This document shows, in pieces, positions 53,580 to 64,000 of a DNA stretch of 64,000 nucleotides; the first letter of the stretch is position 1, and the number at the start of each line of letters is the position of its first letter. The stretch is from Macrostomum lignano (lineage: Eukaryota). The notes beneath the pieces were generated by a model. The model was not told the origin of the DNA, did no database searches, and saw nothing but the letters and a program-made list of their open reading frames with translations. Both the position numbers and the translations under genes were made by a program. Where the stretch lies: the NCBI GenBank assembly GCA_002269645.1, contig NIVC01000302.1, positions 68,303 to 132,302 of the forward strand, given 5' to 3'.

Positions 53580-56500
53580 ATGTCAATAGTAACACTGCAG
53601 CTTGGCCAGTGCGGCAATCAGGTCGGTCATGCATTTTTCTCCAGCATAATTGAAGATCTTGCCAGCGGAGACTGCAGGCGCGCTACTAGTGGCAGAGCTG
53701 TCACAGAAACAGACGATGCATATTCGGAGGTGTCGCGAAATCGATTCTTTCACTGCACCGAAGCTGGCCAGCAACAGGCAATGCGGGCTAGAGCTGTCCT
53801 GTGCGATGCCGAAGAGAAAGTTGTTGCTATGGTAACTGAGGATGCCGCCAAGTCTGGCTGTTGGGCCTATGCAAATAATGCCAAGGTGTGTCTGAAACGC
53901 GGATCTGGCAACAACTGGGCTCAGGTATGCACTATGGAGCTTGTCAGTTTGTATGATAGATAATAAGGATAGCACACCCTCTAGTACAGAATAGGATAGC
54001 ACACCCTCTAGTACAGAATAGGATAGCACACCCTCTAGTACAGAATAAAAGGATAGCACACCCTTTAGTACAGAATAAAAGGATAGCACACCCTCTAGTA
54101 CAGAATAGGATAGCACACCCTCTAATACAGAGTAGGATAGCACACCCTCTAGTACAGAATAGGATAGCACACCCTCTAGTACAGAATAGGATAGCACACC
54201 CTCTAGTACAGAATAAAAGGATAGCACACCCTTTAGTACAGAATAAAAGGATAGCACACCCTCTAGTACAGAATAGGATAGCACACCCTCTAATACAGAG
54301 TAGGATAGCACACCCTCTAGTACAGAATAGGATAGCACACCCTCTAATACAGAGTAGGATAGCACACCCTCTAGTACAGAATAGGATAGCACACCCTCTA
54401 GTACAGAATAGGATAGCACACCCTCTAATACAGAGTAGGATAGCACACCCTCTAGTACAGAATAGGATAGCACACCCTCTAGTACAGAATAGGATAGCAC
54501 ACCCTCTAATACAGAAGAATAGAAGTGACGGCACACCCTCTAGGACAGAAGAATAGAAGTGACGGCACACCCTCTAATACAGAAGAATAGAAGTGACGGC
54601 ACACCCTCTAATACAGAAGAATAGAAGTGACGGCACACCCTCTAATACAGAAGAATAGAAGTGACGGCACACCCTCTAATACAGAAGAATAGAAGTGACG
54701 GCACACCCTCTAATACAGAAGAATAGAAGTGACGGCACACCCTCTAGGACAGAAGAATAAAGGAGATCTGAGACGGAATGGAGGGATTAGCGCATAATTC
54801 TATGCAAAACAGAATTTTCCATTATCTACTCGTATTTTGCCTTCCAGGGCTATCGTCACCACGGCCCAAAATGTTGGCCCAATCTGTCCGAGATTGTCCG
54901 TCGTCAGGCCGAAGCCAGCGATCGTCTAGACGGCTTCCTAGCGTTAATGAGCCTGGCCGGCGGCACCGGGTCCGGGCTGGGCACGTTTGTGTGCGAACAA
55001 GTCCGAGACGAGTATCCTGAGGCTAATTTGGTAATTATTTGGTCTTCGTATAATCGCTTTCGGAATAAATAGAACCAGAGATGTTGTCCTTTAGAGAACT
55101 GCCTGACGTAAGATTTCAGTTGTAATAGAATTTTATAGACATATCGTTCGAAATGTTGATTTTAAAATATGGCGTAAGGTTGTTGATGCTACAGAAATGT
55201 CAGACGGAAGGTTGTTGATGCTACAGAAATGTCAGACGGAAGGTTGTTGATGCTACAGAAATGTCAGACGGAAGGTTGTTGATGCTACAGAAATGTCAGA
55301 AGGAAGGTTGTTGATGCTACAGAAATGTCATATGGAAGGTGGTTGATTCTACAGAAATGTCATATGGAAGGTGGTTGATTCTACAGAAATGTCATATAGA
55401 AGGTTGTTGATTCTACAGAAATGTCATATAGAAGGTTGTTGATGCTACAGAAATGTCATATGGAAGGTGGTTGATTCTACAGAAATGTCATATAGAAGGT
55501 TGTTGATTCTACAGAAATGTCATATAGAAGGTTGTTGATTCTACAGAAATGTCATATAGAAGGTTGTTGATTCTACAGAAATGTCATATAGAAGGTTGTT
55601 GATTCTACAGAAATGTCATATAGAAGGTTGTTGATTCTATAGAAATGTCATATAGAAGGTTGTTGATTCTACAGAAATGTCATATAGAAGGTTGTTGATT
55701 CTATAGAAATGTCATATGGAAGGTGGTTGATTCTATAGAAATGTCATATGGAAGGTTGTTGATTCTATAGAAATGTCATATGGAAGATTGTTGATTCCAT
55801 AGAAATGTCATATGGAAGGTGGTTGTTTCTATAGAAATGTCATATGGAAGGTGGTTGATTTTTATTAAAATGTGAAATGGAAAGTTGTTAATTCTATAAA
55901 ACTGCCCATAGGAAGGCTGTTGACTCTATAGAAATGACAGACGGAAGATTGTTGATTCTATAGAAATGTCAGAAGCAAGGTTGTTACTTTCTTAGAAATG
56001 TAAAATAAAAAATTCAGCCTCTATCTGGTTAATTATTAAACAGCAATCAATGACGCCGCAGCTGTTTAACCTGTCCGCCAGATCTCCGGCCTGGTGTGGC
56101 CGCACAGCCGAGGCGAAGTCTCTGTCCAGGCCTACAACAGCGTGCTGACCACAGCTCACCTCACTGCCGCCTGTGACGCTTTGCTTTTGTTTGAAAACGA
56201 TCGCCTGCAGGACGCCTGCGAACGACGCCTCGGTCTAGCCCGCGTCGACGTCGGCCACCTCAACGCGATGATTGGCCACCAGCTTGGAGCTATCCTGCAG
56301 CCAGCCTGCGGTGTCCAGTCCGCGGCGGCTCAGGGCCCGGCGCTTGGCGGCATAGCGGCGAGTCTCTGCCCGCATCCGGACCTGCGGCTGCTGCAGCTGC
56401 GCTGCCTGCCCTACGCTTCCGAGCGGGCCAAGGAGTTCTCCGGCTTCGCTTGGCCGGGTCTGCTGCGCCATCTGCGCCAGATGCTGCTGGCCGGCGCCGC

Positions 56501-57438
56501 CGTTGAGGAGGGCCTAGACTGGCGGCAGGATGCCGCTCTAACAGCCGCCTCCGGCAGGCAGAGATGCTTCGCTAGCCGGCTGTGGCTTCGCGGACTTGGT
56601 AGGTTTGAGTTGCTGGCCTACGTGTGGGATGCCGGATCTCCCCTTTGTCGGGTATTGCTCTCCTAAATCTGAAAAATATTCCAAGATCCTCAATCACCTT
56701 CCCAGATCCTAAATCACCTCCCCAGATCCTCAATAGCCCTCCCAGATCCTCAATCATCTTCCCAGATCCTCAAAGACCTTTTTTGATCCTTAATCACCTT
56801 CCTAGTTCCTCAATCACCTTCCTAGATCCTCAATCACCTTCCTAGATCCTCAATCACCTTCCCAGATCCTCAATCACCTTAGATCCTTAATCACCTTCTC
56901 AGATCCTTAATCACCTCCCCAGATCCTCAATCACTTCCCAGATCCCCAATCTCCTTCCTAAGTCCTCAAAAACCTTTTCAGATCCTCAATCACTTCCCCA
57001 GATCCTCAGCCACCCTCCCAGATATTTCAAGATTACCCAAACCTTCCCTTCTAAACAGCAAAAATTAACCCATAAAAAGTACATTTAGCTCTGCTCAATT
57101 CCAATACTGATTTTCCAGGCGCCGGCAGCCTGTGCCCAGCCGACTGGGAGCAGCACCTGCTACTGCCGGAGCTGCACCCGGCCTGGCTGCCGCAGTCTGA
57201 CCGGCTGACAGTGTGCCGCACTGGCCGGCCCTATCGAGGCTACGAGCGCGCCTGCGCCTTGGTGTCCAATTGCGCAACCGGAGCGGACACGCTGGACCGG
57301 TCCATAGCCAGAGCCTGGTCAATGTTCGCCGCCAAAGCGTTCGTGCATCAGTATGCCCGGTTCGGGTTGGAGGAGGCCGCCTTCTTAGACTGCTTTGCCG
57401 CGGCCGAGCAGACGGTCTTTAATTATCGAAATCTTTAG
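53580..57438 (+). CDS. TUBD1: Delta-tubulin, 454 aa
   Basis: Exons 53580-53924, 54848-55030, 56082-56598, 57119-57438 with compatible phases. MSIVTLQLGQCGNQVG, RARAVLCDAEEKVV, GSGNNWAQ|GY, SLAGGTGSGLG, VWPHSRGEVSVQAYNSVL, AWSMFAAKAFVHQY..FG. Confidence 0.95.
53960..54765. repeat. 27/30-bp grading into 34-bp minisatellite in TUBD1 intron 1
   Basis: Shared CACACCCTCTA(G/A)TACAGA core. Confidence 0.93.
55180..55990. repeat. 32-bp minisatellite in TUBD1 intron 2
   Basis: GAAGGTTGTTGAT(G/T)CTACAGAAATGTCA units. Confidence 0.93.
56680..57010. repeat. 20-bp minisatellite CCCAGATCCTCAATCACCTT (second array at about 59265-59590)
   Basis: Degenerate tandem units at both sites. Confidence 0.88.
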
Positions 57439-57479
57439 CTGAGCCTGCGTTTTTACGATAGCTACTATGGGACTGAGAA

Positions 57480-58610
57480 TGGCACATCCTAAACCACAAT
57501 GGGACATCCTAAACTGGAGTGGGACATCCTAAACTGGAGTGGGACATCCTAAACTGGAGTGGGACATCCTAAACTAGAATGGGACATCCTAAACCAGAAT
57601 GGGACATCCTAAACTGGAGTGGGACATTCTAAGCTGGAGTGGGACATCCTAAACTGGAGTGGGACATTCTAAACTGGAGTGGGACATCATAAACTGGAGT
57701 GGGACATCCTAAACTGGAGTGGGACATTCTAAACTGGAGTGGGACATCATAAACTGGAGTGGGACATCCTAAACTGGAGTGGGACATCCTAAACTGGAGT
57801 GGGACATTCTAAACTGGAGTGGGACATCATAAACTGGAGTGGGACATCCTAAGCTGGAGTGGGACATCATAAACTGGAGTGGACATCATAAACTGGAGTG
57901 GGACATCCTAAACTGGAGTGGGACATTCTAAACTGGAGTGGGACATCATAAACTGGAGTGGGACATCCTAAACTGGAGTGGGACATTCTAAACTGGAGTG
58001 GGACATCATAAACTGGAGTGGGACATCCTAAACTGGAGTGGGACATCCTAAACTGGAGTGGGACATTCTAAACTGGAGTGGGACATCATAAACTGGAGTG
58101 GGACATCCTAAACTGGAGTGGGACATTCTAAACTGGAGTGGGACATCATAAACTGGAGTGGGACATCCTAAACTGGAGTGGGACATTCTAAACTGGAGTG
58201 GGACATCATAAACTGGAGTGGGACATCCTAAACTGGAGTGGGACATTCTAAACTGGAGTGGGACATCATAAACTGGAGTGGGACATCCTAAACTGGAGTG
58301 GGACATCCTAAACTGGAGTGGGACATTCTAAACTGGAGTGGGACATCATAAACTGGAGTGGGACATCCTAAGCTGGAGTGGGACATCATAAACTGGAGTG
58401 GACATCCTAAACCTGAATGGGACATCATAAACTGGAGTGGACATCCTAAACCTGAATGGGACATTCTAAACTGGAGTGGGACTTCCTAAACCTGAATGGG
58501 ACATTCTAAACTGGAGTGGGACATCCTAAACTAAAGTGGGACATCCTAAATCAGAATGGGACATCCTAAACTAGATTCGGACATCATAAACTCGAGTGGC
58601 ACATCCTTAA
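57480..58610. repeat. 20-bp minisatellite GGACATCCTAAACTGGAGTG with 60-bp higher-order periodicity
   Basis: Variants ATCCTA/ATTCTA/ATCATA cycle in threes over about 57900-58300. Confidence 0.95.
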
Positions 58611-59963
58611 CGAGTTAAAAGTTAAAATGTTGACCATAAATCATTGAAAAAAATCTGAAGCAATCTGTAGCATATAGCTCAACAGCTTTATTGATGTCAT
58701 TGTTTAAACCTAAAGGGATAAATAAAACTTACCATTCTGTTTGCATCGAAGATGATCAAAATTTCCACACTTGCTTATACGAGACTTATACGACACAGAC
58801 TCGTATATTGAGTCTGTGTATAATGTGTATAATCTGCAGTTTCCGTCCCTATTTTTTAAACTTCATGCATTTTGTTAACGTTTTTAATCAATAATAAATG
58901 CGATATATTGTGTTTATTACTTTTCCGACTTTGCTTTCGTAGTTTAACTCAATTATTGATACGTAGTAATAAACTATAATATATTATAGCAACTATTATT
59001 AAGTGTATGTACAATATCAATAATTGTCACAATCACAATTTCTGCTGGTTGCTAAGCTAGTTTAAAGCCCGAATTCTGTCTGTTGCTTTTCATTAATTAA
59101 AATTATTAATGAAATGACCCCGTCCAGCTATAAGCCGCCGCAGATTAACGATAAAAATCGGGGCCTGTTGCGAGTGGCGCATCAGGTGAGTGAATGAAAT
59201 TTTTTATTTTGAACCTTTTTTCACATACAGGTATGTAATTAGCAGTCACCAGATTTGCCACTCGCTATCCAAGATCCTCAATCACCTTCCCAGAACCCTC
59301 CAATCACATTCCCAGATCCTGAATTACCTTCCCAGATCCTGAATTACCTTCCCAGATCCTCAATCATCTTCCCAGATCCTTACTCATCTTCACAGTTCCT
59401 CAATCATCTTCCCATATTCTTAATCACCCTCACAGATCCTTAATCATCTTTCCAGATCCTCTAATCACCTTCTCAGATCCTCAATCACCTTCCTAGATCC
59501 TCAATCAATTTCCTAGATCCTTAAATCAATTTCCTAGATCCTCTGTTACCTTCCTAGATCCTCAATATTCTTCTTAGATCCTCAATGTGACACCTTAGAT
59601 CTGTTGGTTTTTGGTGCCAAAGGGTAGACACAAAAATTATAATTTTTAATAATAGTCTAAGAGTCAATTTTTTTTGTTACGCGCAAATTTAAACAAAAAG
59701 CGCTGAACAGATGCCCAATGAAAGTATTATGAAGTGGTTAGTTTGAGCCGAGGCCCAAGAGTCGCGTTGAGCTATGCAGTGTCTTAAATTAGCGGAATAA
59801 CTAAATAAAAAAACATATAGCATTATAAAAACATTACCACATTTTTTTGTTAATCCCGCAGTTTGTTATAAAGCATCCTACTGGTGATACGCAAGCATTT
59901 ATCAACTACATTCACGGAAACAACGCGTAAGTGTGCGGATTTTAACAATATACATATATATAT

Positions 59964-62900
59964 ACGAGGCCAACTCCTCCGTTGGCGGAGTGAGGGGATA
60001 GAACTCCCATCGCCAGAATTTCATTCCCCGAAACCATCAGCTGAATCCAATGACACGAATCCCATCGTCCAAATCCTCTCCAAATCCTATATTAACCTCC
60101 CAAAAACCATGTTGTTTTACCTGTGTGCAAAAATTGACTGCCTGCCATCGTCCAGACTGAGACTCTCGTCTGTCTCCTCTCTCCTCTTTGCTCTCTCATC
60201 TCTAATCTCTCCTATCTCCTCTCTGCTCTCTCATCTCTAATCTCTCCTATCTCCTCTCTGCTCTCATCTCCTCGCTTATCTATCATTTCTCATGTCTACT
60301 CTCTTATCTCTCCTCACTACTTTCTCCTCTCAACTTTTTCCTCTCTCCTCTTTTATCTCTTCTCTCTCCTCTCCTTTATCTCCTCTCTGCTCTCTCATCT
60401 CTCTACTTTCTCCCCTCTCCTCTCTCCCTTATCCTCTTGCTTCTCTCTCCTCTCTCTCCCCTCATCTCTACTAATTTATCTCTTCTCTCTCGTCTTTTGG
60501 CTCTACTCCCTCTGTCTCCTCTTTCTCCTCTCTTACCCCTCTCCTCTCTCCTCTCAATTCCTTCATCTCTTCTCTCGCCTTTATTCTCTTTTTTTCTTTT
60601 CTCTAATCTGTCCCTTTTAATTCTTTTAATTCAATTTAACCATTTCATCCTCTCCATGAAACAGCTATCATCAAAATCCTCTCCGTTAAACTGCAATCTA
60701 GCTTGTATCATCCTCCTTCAAGCTACAATCCATCGATTTAAAAAAATACTATCTCTATCAAATTTCAGTCAATCAAGACTATGAAACTGAAGTCTATAAA
60801 AATATGATTTTTACTTGTCTGGGTATACGTCAAAAAATCTTCCAAATCTTCCAAATCCTCCATAAAACCTCTGAAATATCATAGCATGTTTTCCCTGTTT
60901 ACAAAAATTGACTGCCATCGTCCAGACTGAGACTCTCTCCTGTCGCCTCTCTCCTCTTTGCTCCTTTATCTAATCTCTTCTTTCTACTTCCTGCTCTCCA
61001 TCTCCTCTCTCATCTCTACTCTTACTTTCTTATCAATCACCTCCCATCTCTCATCTCTCCCCTCTACGCTCTCATCTCTATTTTCTCATCTCTATTCTCT
61101 CATCTTTCCCCTTTTGCTCTCTCATTTGTTTTTTCATCTCTCTCTTCTCTCCCTTCTCTTCTCGCTTCGCTCTCTCCCCTCTTCTCTCTATCTCTTCTCT
61201 CCTGTCTTCTCTCAATTCTCTCTATCTCTCCTCTTCTCTCTCATCTCTCATCTCTACTCGCTTATCTATCGCCTCTCCTCTACCCTGTCCTCTCTCTCTC
61301 CTCTTTTTTCTCTCTCGTCTCTCCTCTCTGCTCTCAATTCTCATACTCCTTTTTCTCTCTTACCCTCTCCCTCTTCATCTCTCATCTTTCCCCTCTTCTC
61401 TCTACCGTCTCCTGTCTCATCTCTCCTCTCTCTTCTCTCTCCTCTGTACTATCTTATCCCTCCTCTCTCCTCCCATCTTTCCTCCCTCCTTTGCTCTCTC
61501 ATTTTCCTCTCTCCCCTCCTTTCTTCCCTCTACTTTCTCTTCTCTTCGCTCTCCCTCTTCATCATTCCCGCCTCACTCCCCTCTTCTCTCCCCTCTGGCT
61601 CTGTCGTCTTTAATCTCTTATCTCTCATATCTACTGTCTTTCTATCATCTTTCTATCCTCTCTTCTCCTTGAAATCTCTCTTCTCTTTACTCTCTTATCT
61701 GACGGACTGAAAGCGCCGATAATCAAACCAATTGAAATTTGTTACCCGCCTCCTCCATTACTGAATTTACTCAAATGATAGCTGGCCTGAATTTGTGTAC
61801 TCAACCCCCCCCCCCCAACTACAATCTTGGCAGAAATTTTAAAAGTATGGAATCGTTTTTTCAATGCTGTGCTTTTTGTTTTCATATTTAAAGCAAATAA
61901 CTTATATCCCCGAATTCAGCGTTGCAAGATCCTTCCAGCAGTATAAGTCTCTCCTCTCAAAGTTAAAAAAAAGGAACAGTTAACGTCTGAACTTCCCAGT
62001 TCAAAGCATTAAGTATCGAGTGTACATTCACCTGCCTGCTGTTTATTCATTGAATTTCACTGCCCAGCTAATATACAGACAGGCTGCCTTTTGAAAGGCG
62101 CCGATAGTAAAACCAATTGAATCTCGACACAGTCCTATCTATCTGTTTACAATGTACATTGCTATGTACACTCAGCCCAAACCAACCCTCCGTTCTGGAG
62201 GGAAGCATTAAATTTAACTGAACCCCCCAACACGCGGGGGTTTTATTAACATTGAACCCAGAACACGCATCAACCACCCCTCCAATACACAGCGACCTGC
62301 GGGGGGAGGTTGGGGTGGTTGTTTTTACAATAATGCCACTGGAGAGGCAAAGTGGCCAAAGAAGGTTAAGAAAACAGTTTTTTGCTTTTTTAACGGACTT
62401 GACTTTTAATTTTTCAACATTAAAATAGCCTATTTGTTGCGTAGGAAAATTCTGAATTGATATATGTAAGTCCCGCATTTGAGTTGCCAGCCGTCTAGGA
62501 AGAGATACGCGTTAAACCCGGCCGGTCGATCGACCCACTCAGCTTTAGATATAACGAGGCCAACTCCTCCGTTGGCGGAGTGAGGGGATAGAACTCCCAT
62601 CGCCAGAATTTCATTCCCCGAAACCATCAGCTGAATCCAATGACACGAATCCCATCGTCCAAATCCTCTCCAAATCCTATATTAACCTCCCAAAAACCAT
62701 GTTGTTTTACCTGTGTGCAAAAATTGACTGCCTGCCATCGTCCAGACTGAGACTCTCGTCTGTCTCCTCTCTCCTCTTTGCTCTCTCATCTCTAATCTCT
62801 CCTATCTCCTCTCTGCTCTCTCATCTCTAATCTCTCCTATCTCCTCTCTGCTCTCATCTCCTCGCTTATCTATCATTTCTCATGTCTACTCTCTTATCTC

Positions 62901-64000
62901 TCCTCACTACTTTCTCCTCTCAACTTTTTCCTCTCTCCTCTTTTATCTCTTCTCTCTCCTCTCCTTTATCTCCTCTCTGCTCTCTCATCTCTCTACTTTC
63001 TCCCCTCTCCTCTCTCCCTTATCCTCTTGCTTCTCTCTCCTCTCTCTCCCCTCATCTCTACTAATTTATCTCTTCTCTCTCGTCTTTTGGCTCTACTCCC
63101 TCTGTCTCCTCTTTCTCCTCTCTTACCCCTCTCCTCTCTCCTCTCAATTCCTTCATCTCTTCTCTCGCCTTTATTCTCTTTTTTTCTTTTCTCTAATCTG
63201 TCCCTTTTAATTCTTTTAATTCAATTTAACCATTTCATCCTCTCCATGAAACAGCTATCATCAAAATCCTCTCCGTTAAACTGCAATCTAGCTTGTATCA
63301 TCCTCCTTCAAGCTACAATCCATCGATTTAAAAAAATACTATCTCTATCAAATTTCAGTCAATCAAGACTATGAAACTGAAGTCTATAAAAATATGATTT
63401 TTACTTGTCTGGGTATACGTCAAAAAATCTTCCAAATCTTCCAAATCCTCCATAAAACCTCTGAAATATCATAGCATGTTTTCCCTGTTTACAAAAATTG
63501 ACTGCCATCGTCCAGACTGAGACTCTCTCCTGTCGCCTCTCTCCTCTTTGCTCCTTTATCTAATCTCTTCTTTCTACTTCCTGCTCTCCATCTCCTCTCT
63601 CATCTCTACTCTTACTTTCTTATCAATCACCTCCCATCTCTCATCTCTCCCTCTACGCTCTCATCTCTATTTTCTCATCTCTATTCTCTCATCTTTCCCC
63701 TTTTGCTCTCTCATTTGTTTTTTCATCTCTCTCTTCTCTCCCTTCTCTTCTCGCTTCGCTCTCTCCCCTCTTCTCTCTATCTCTTCTCTCCTGTCTTCTC
63801 TCAATTCTCTCTATCTCTCCTCTTCTCTCTCATCTCTCATCTCTACTCGCTTATCTATCGCCTCTCCTCTACCCTGTCCTCTCTCTCTCCTCTTTTTTCT
63901 CTCTCGTCTCTCCTCTCTGCTCTCAATTCTCATACTCCTTTTTTCTCTCTTACCCTCTCCCTCTTCATCTCTCATCTTTCCCCTCTTCTCTCTACCGTCT
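59964..64000. repeat. Near-identical duplication with 2590-bp offset containing CT-rich tracts
   Basis: 59964-61410 matches 62554-64000 (identical ORFs at 60292/62882 and 60437/63027); the second copy runs off the window. Confidence 0.93.

Noticed and set aside
60292-63374. Leu/Ser-rich ORFs as membrane proteins
   Set aside because: They are translations of (CT)-rich low-complexity DNA.

Overview
Animal genomic DNA. GC-rich spliced exons, polyQ tracts and minisatellite-filled introns suggest a free-living flatworm such as Macrostomum (inference only). Five spliced host genes can be reconstructed with GT-AG junctions. (1) A CLCA-like secreted/surface protein (+, 332-10789) that lacks the HExxH protease motif. 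(2-4) A co-oriented minus-strand trio, GMDS (40869-37854), AIFM1 (34671-30556) and CDK12/13-like (29365-21365). (5) Delta-tubulin (+, 53580-57438). There is also one orphan GC-rich ORF (18947-19918). The rest is transposons and tandem arrays. These include a P-superfamily THAP element with ~87-bp TIRs and a nested RNase H LINE, a second THAP relic, a DDE_Tnp_4+SWIM relic, an EnSpm-like element with a BEN-like relic, a tRNA-derived SINE, 8-bp-TSD MITEs, an RTE relic, a mariner fragment and a 2.59-kb duplication. The standout is a composite element at 48590-50149: two ~450-bp direct repeats, each with its own short TIRs, and a TTAA-type target site, matching the KolobokP architecture. Paired repeat copies show strong CpG to TpG/CpA decay in the 41-53 kb block. 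All alignments were done by eye; no database search was run.
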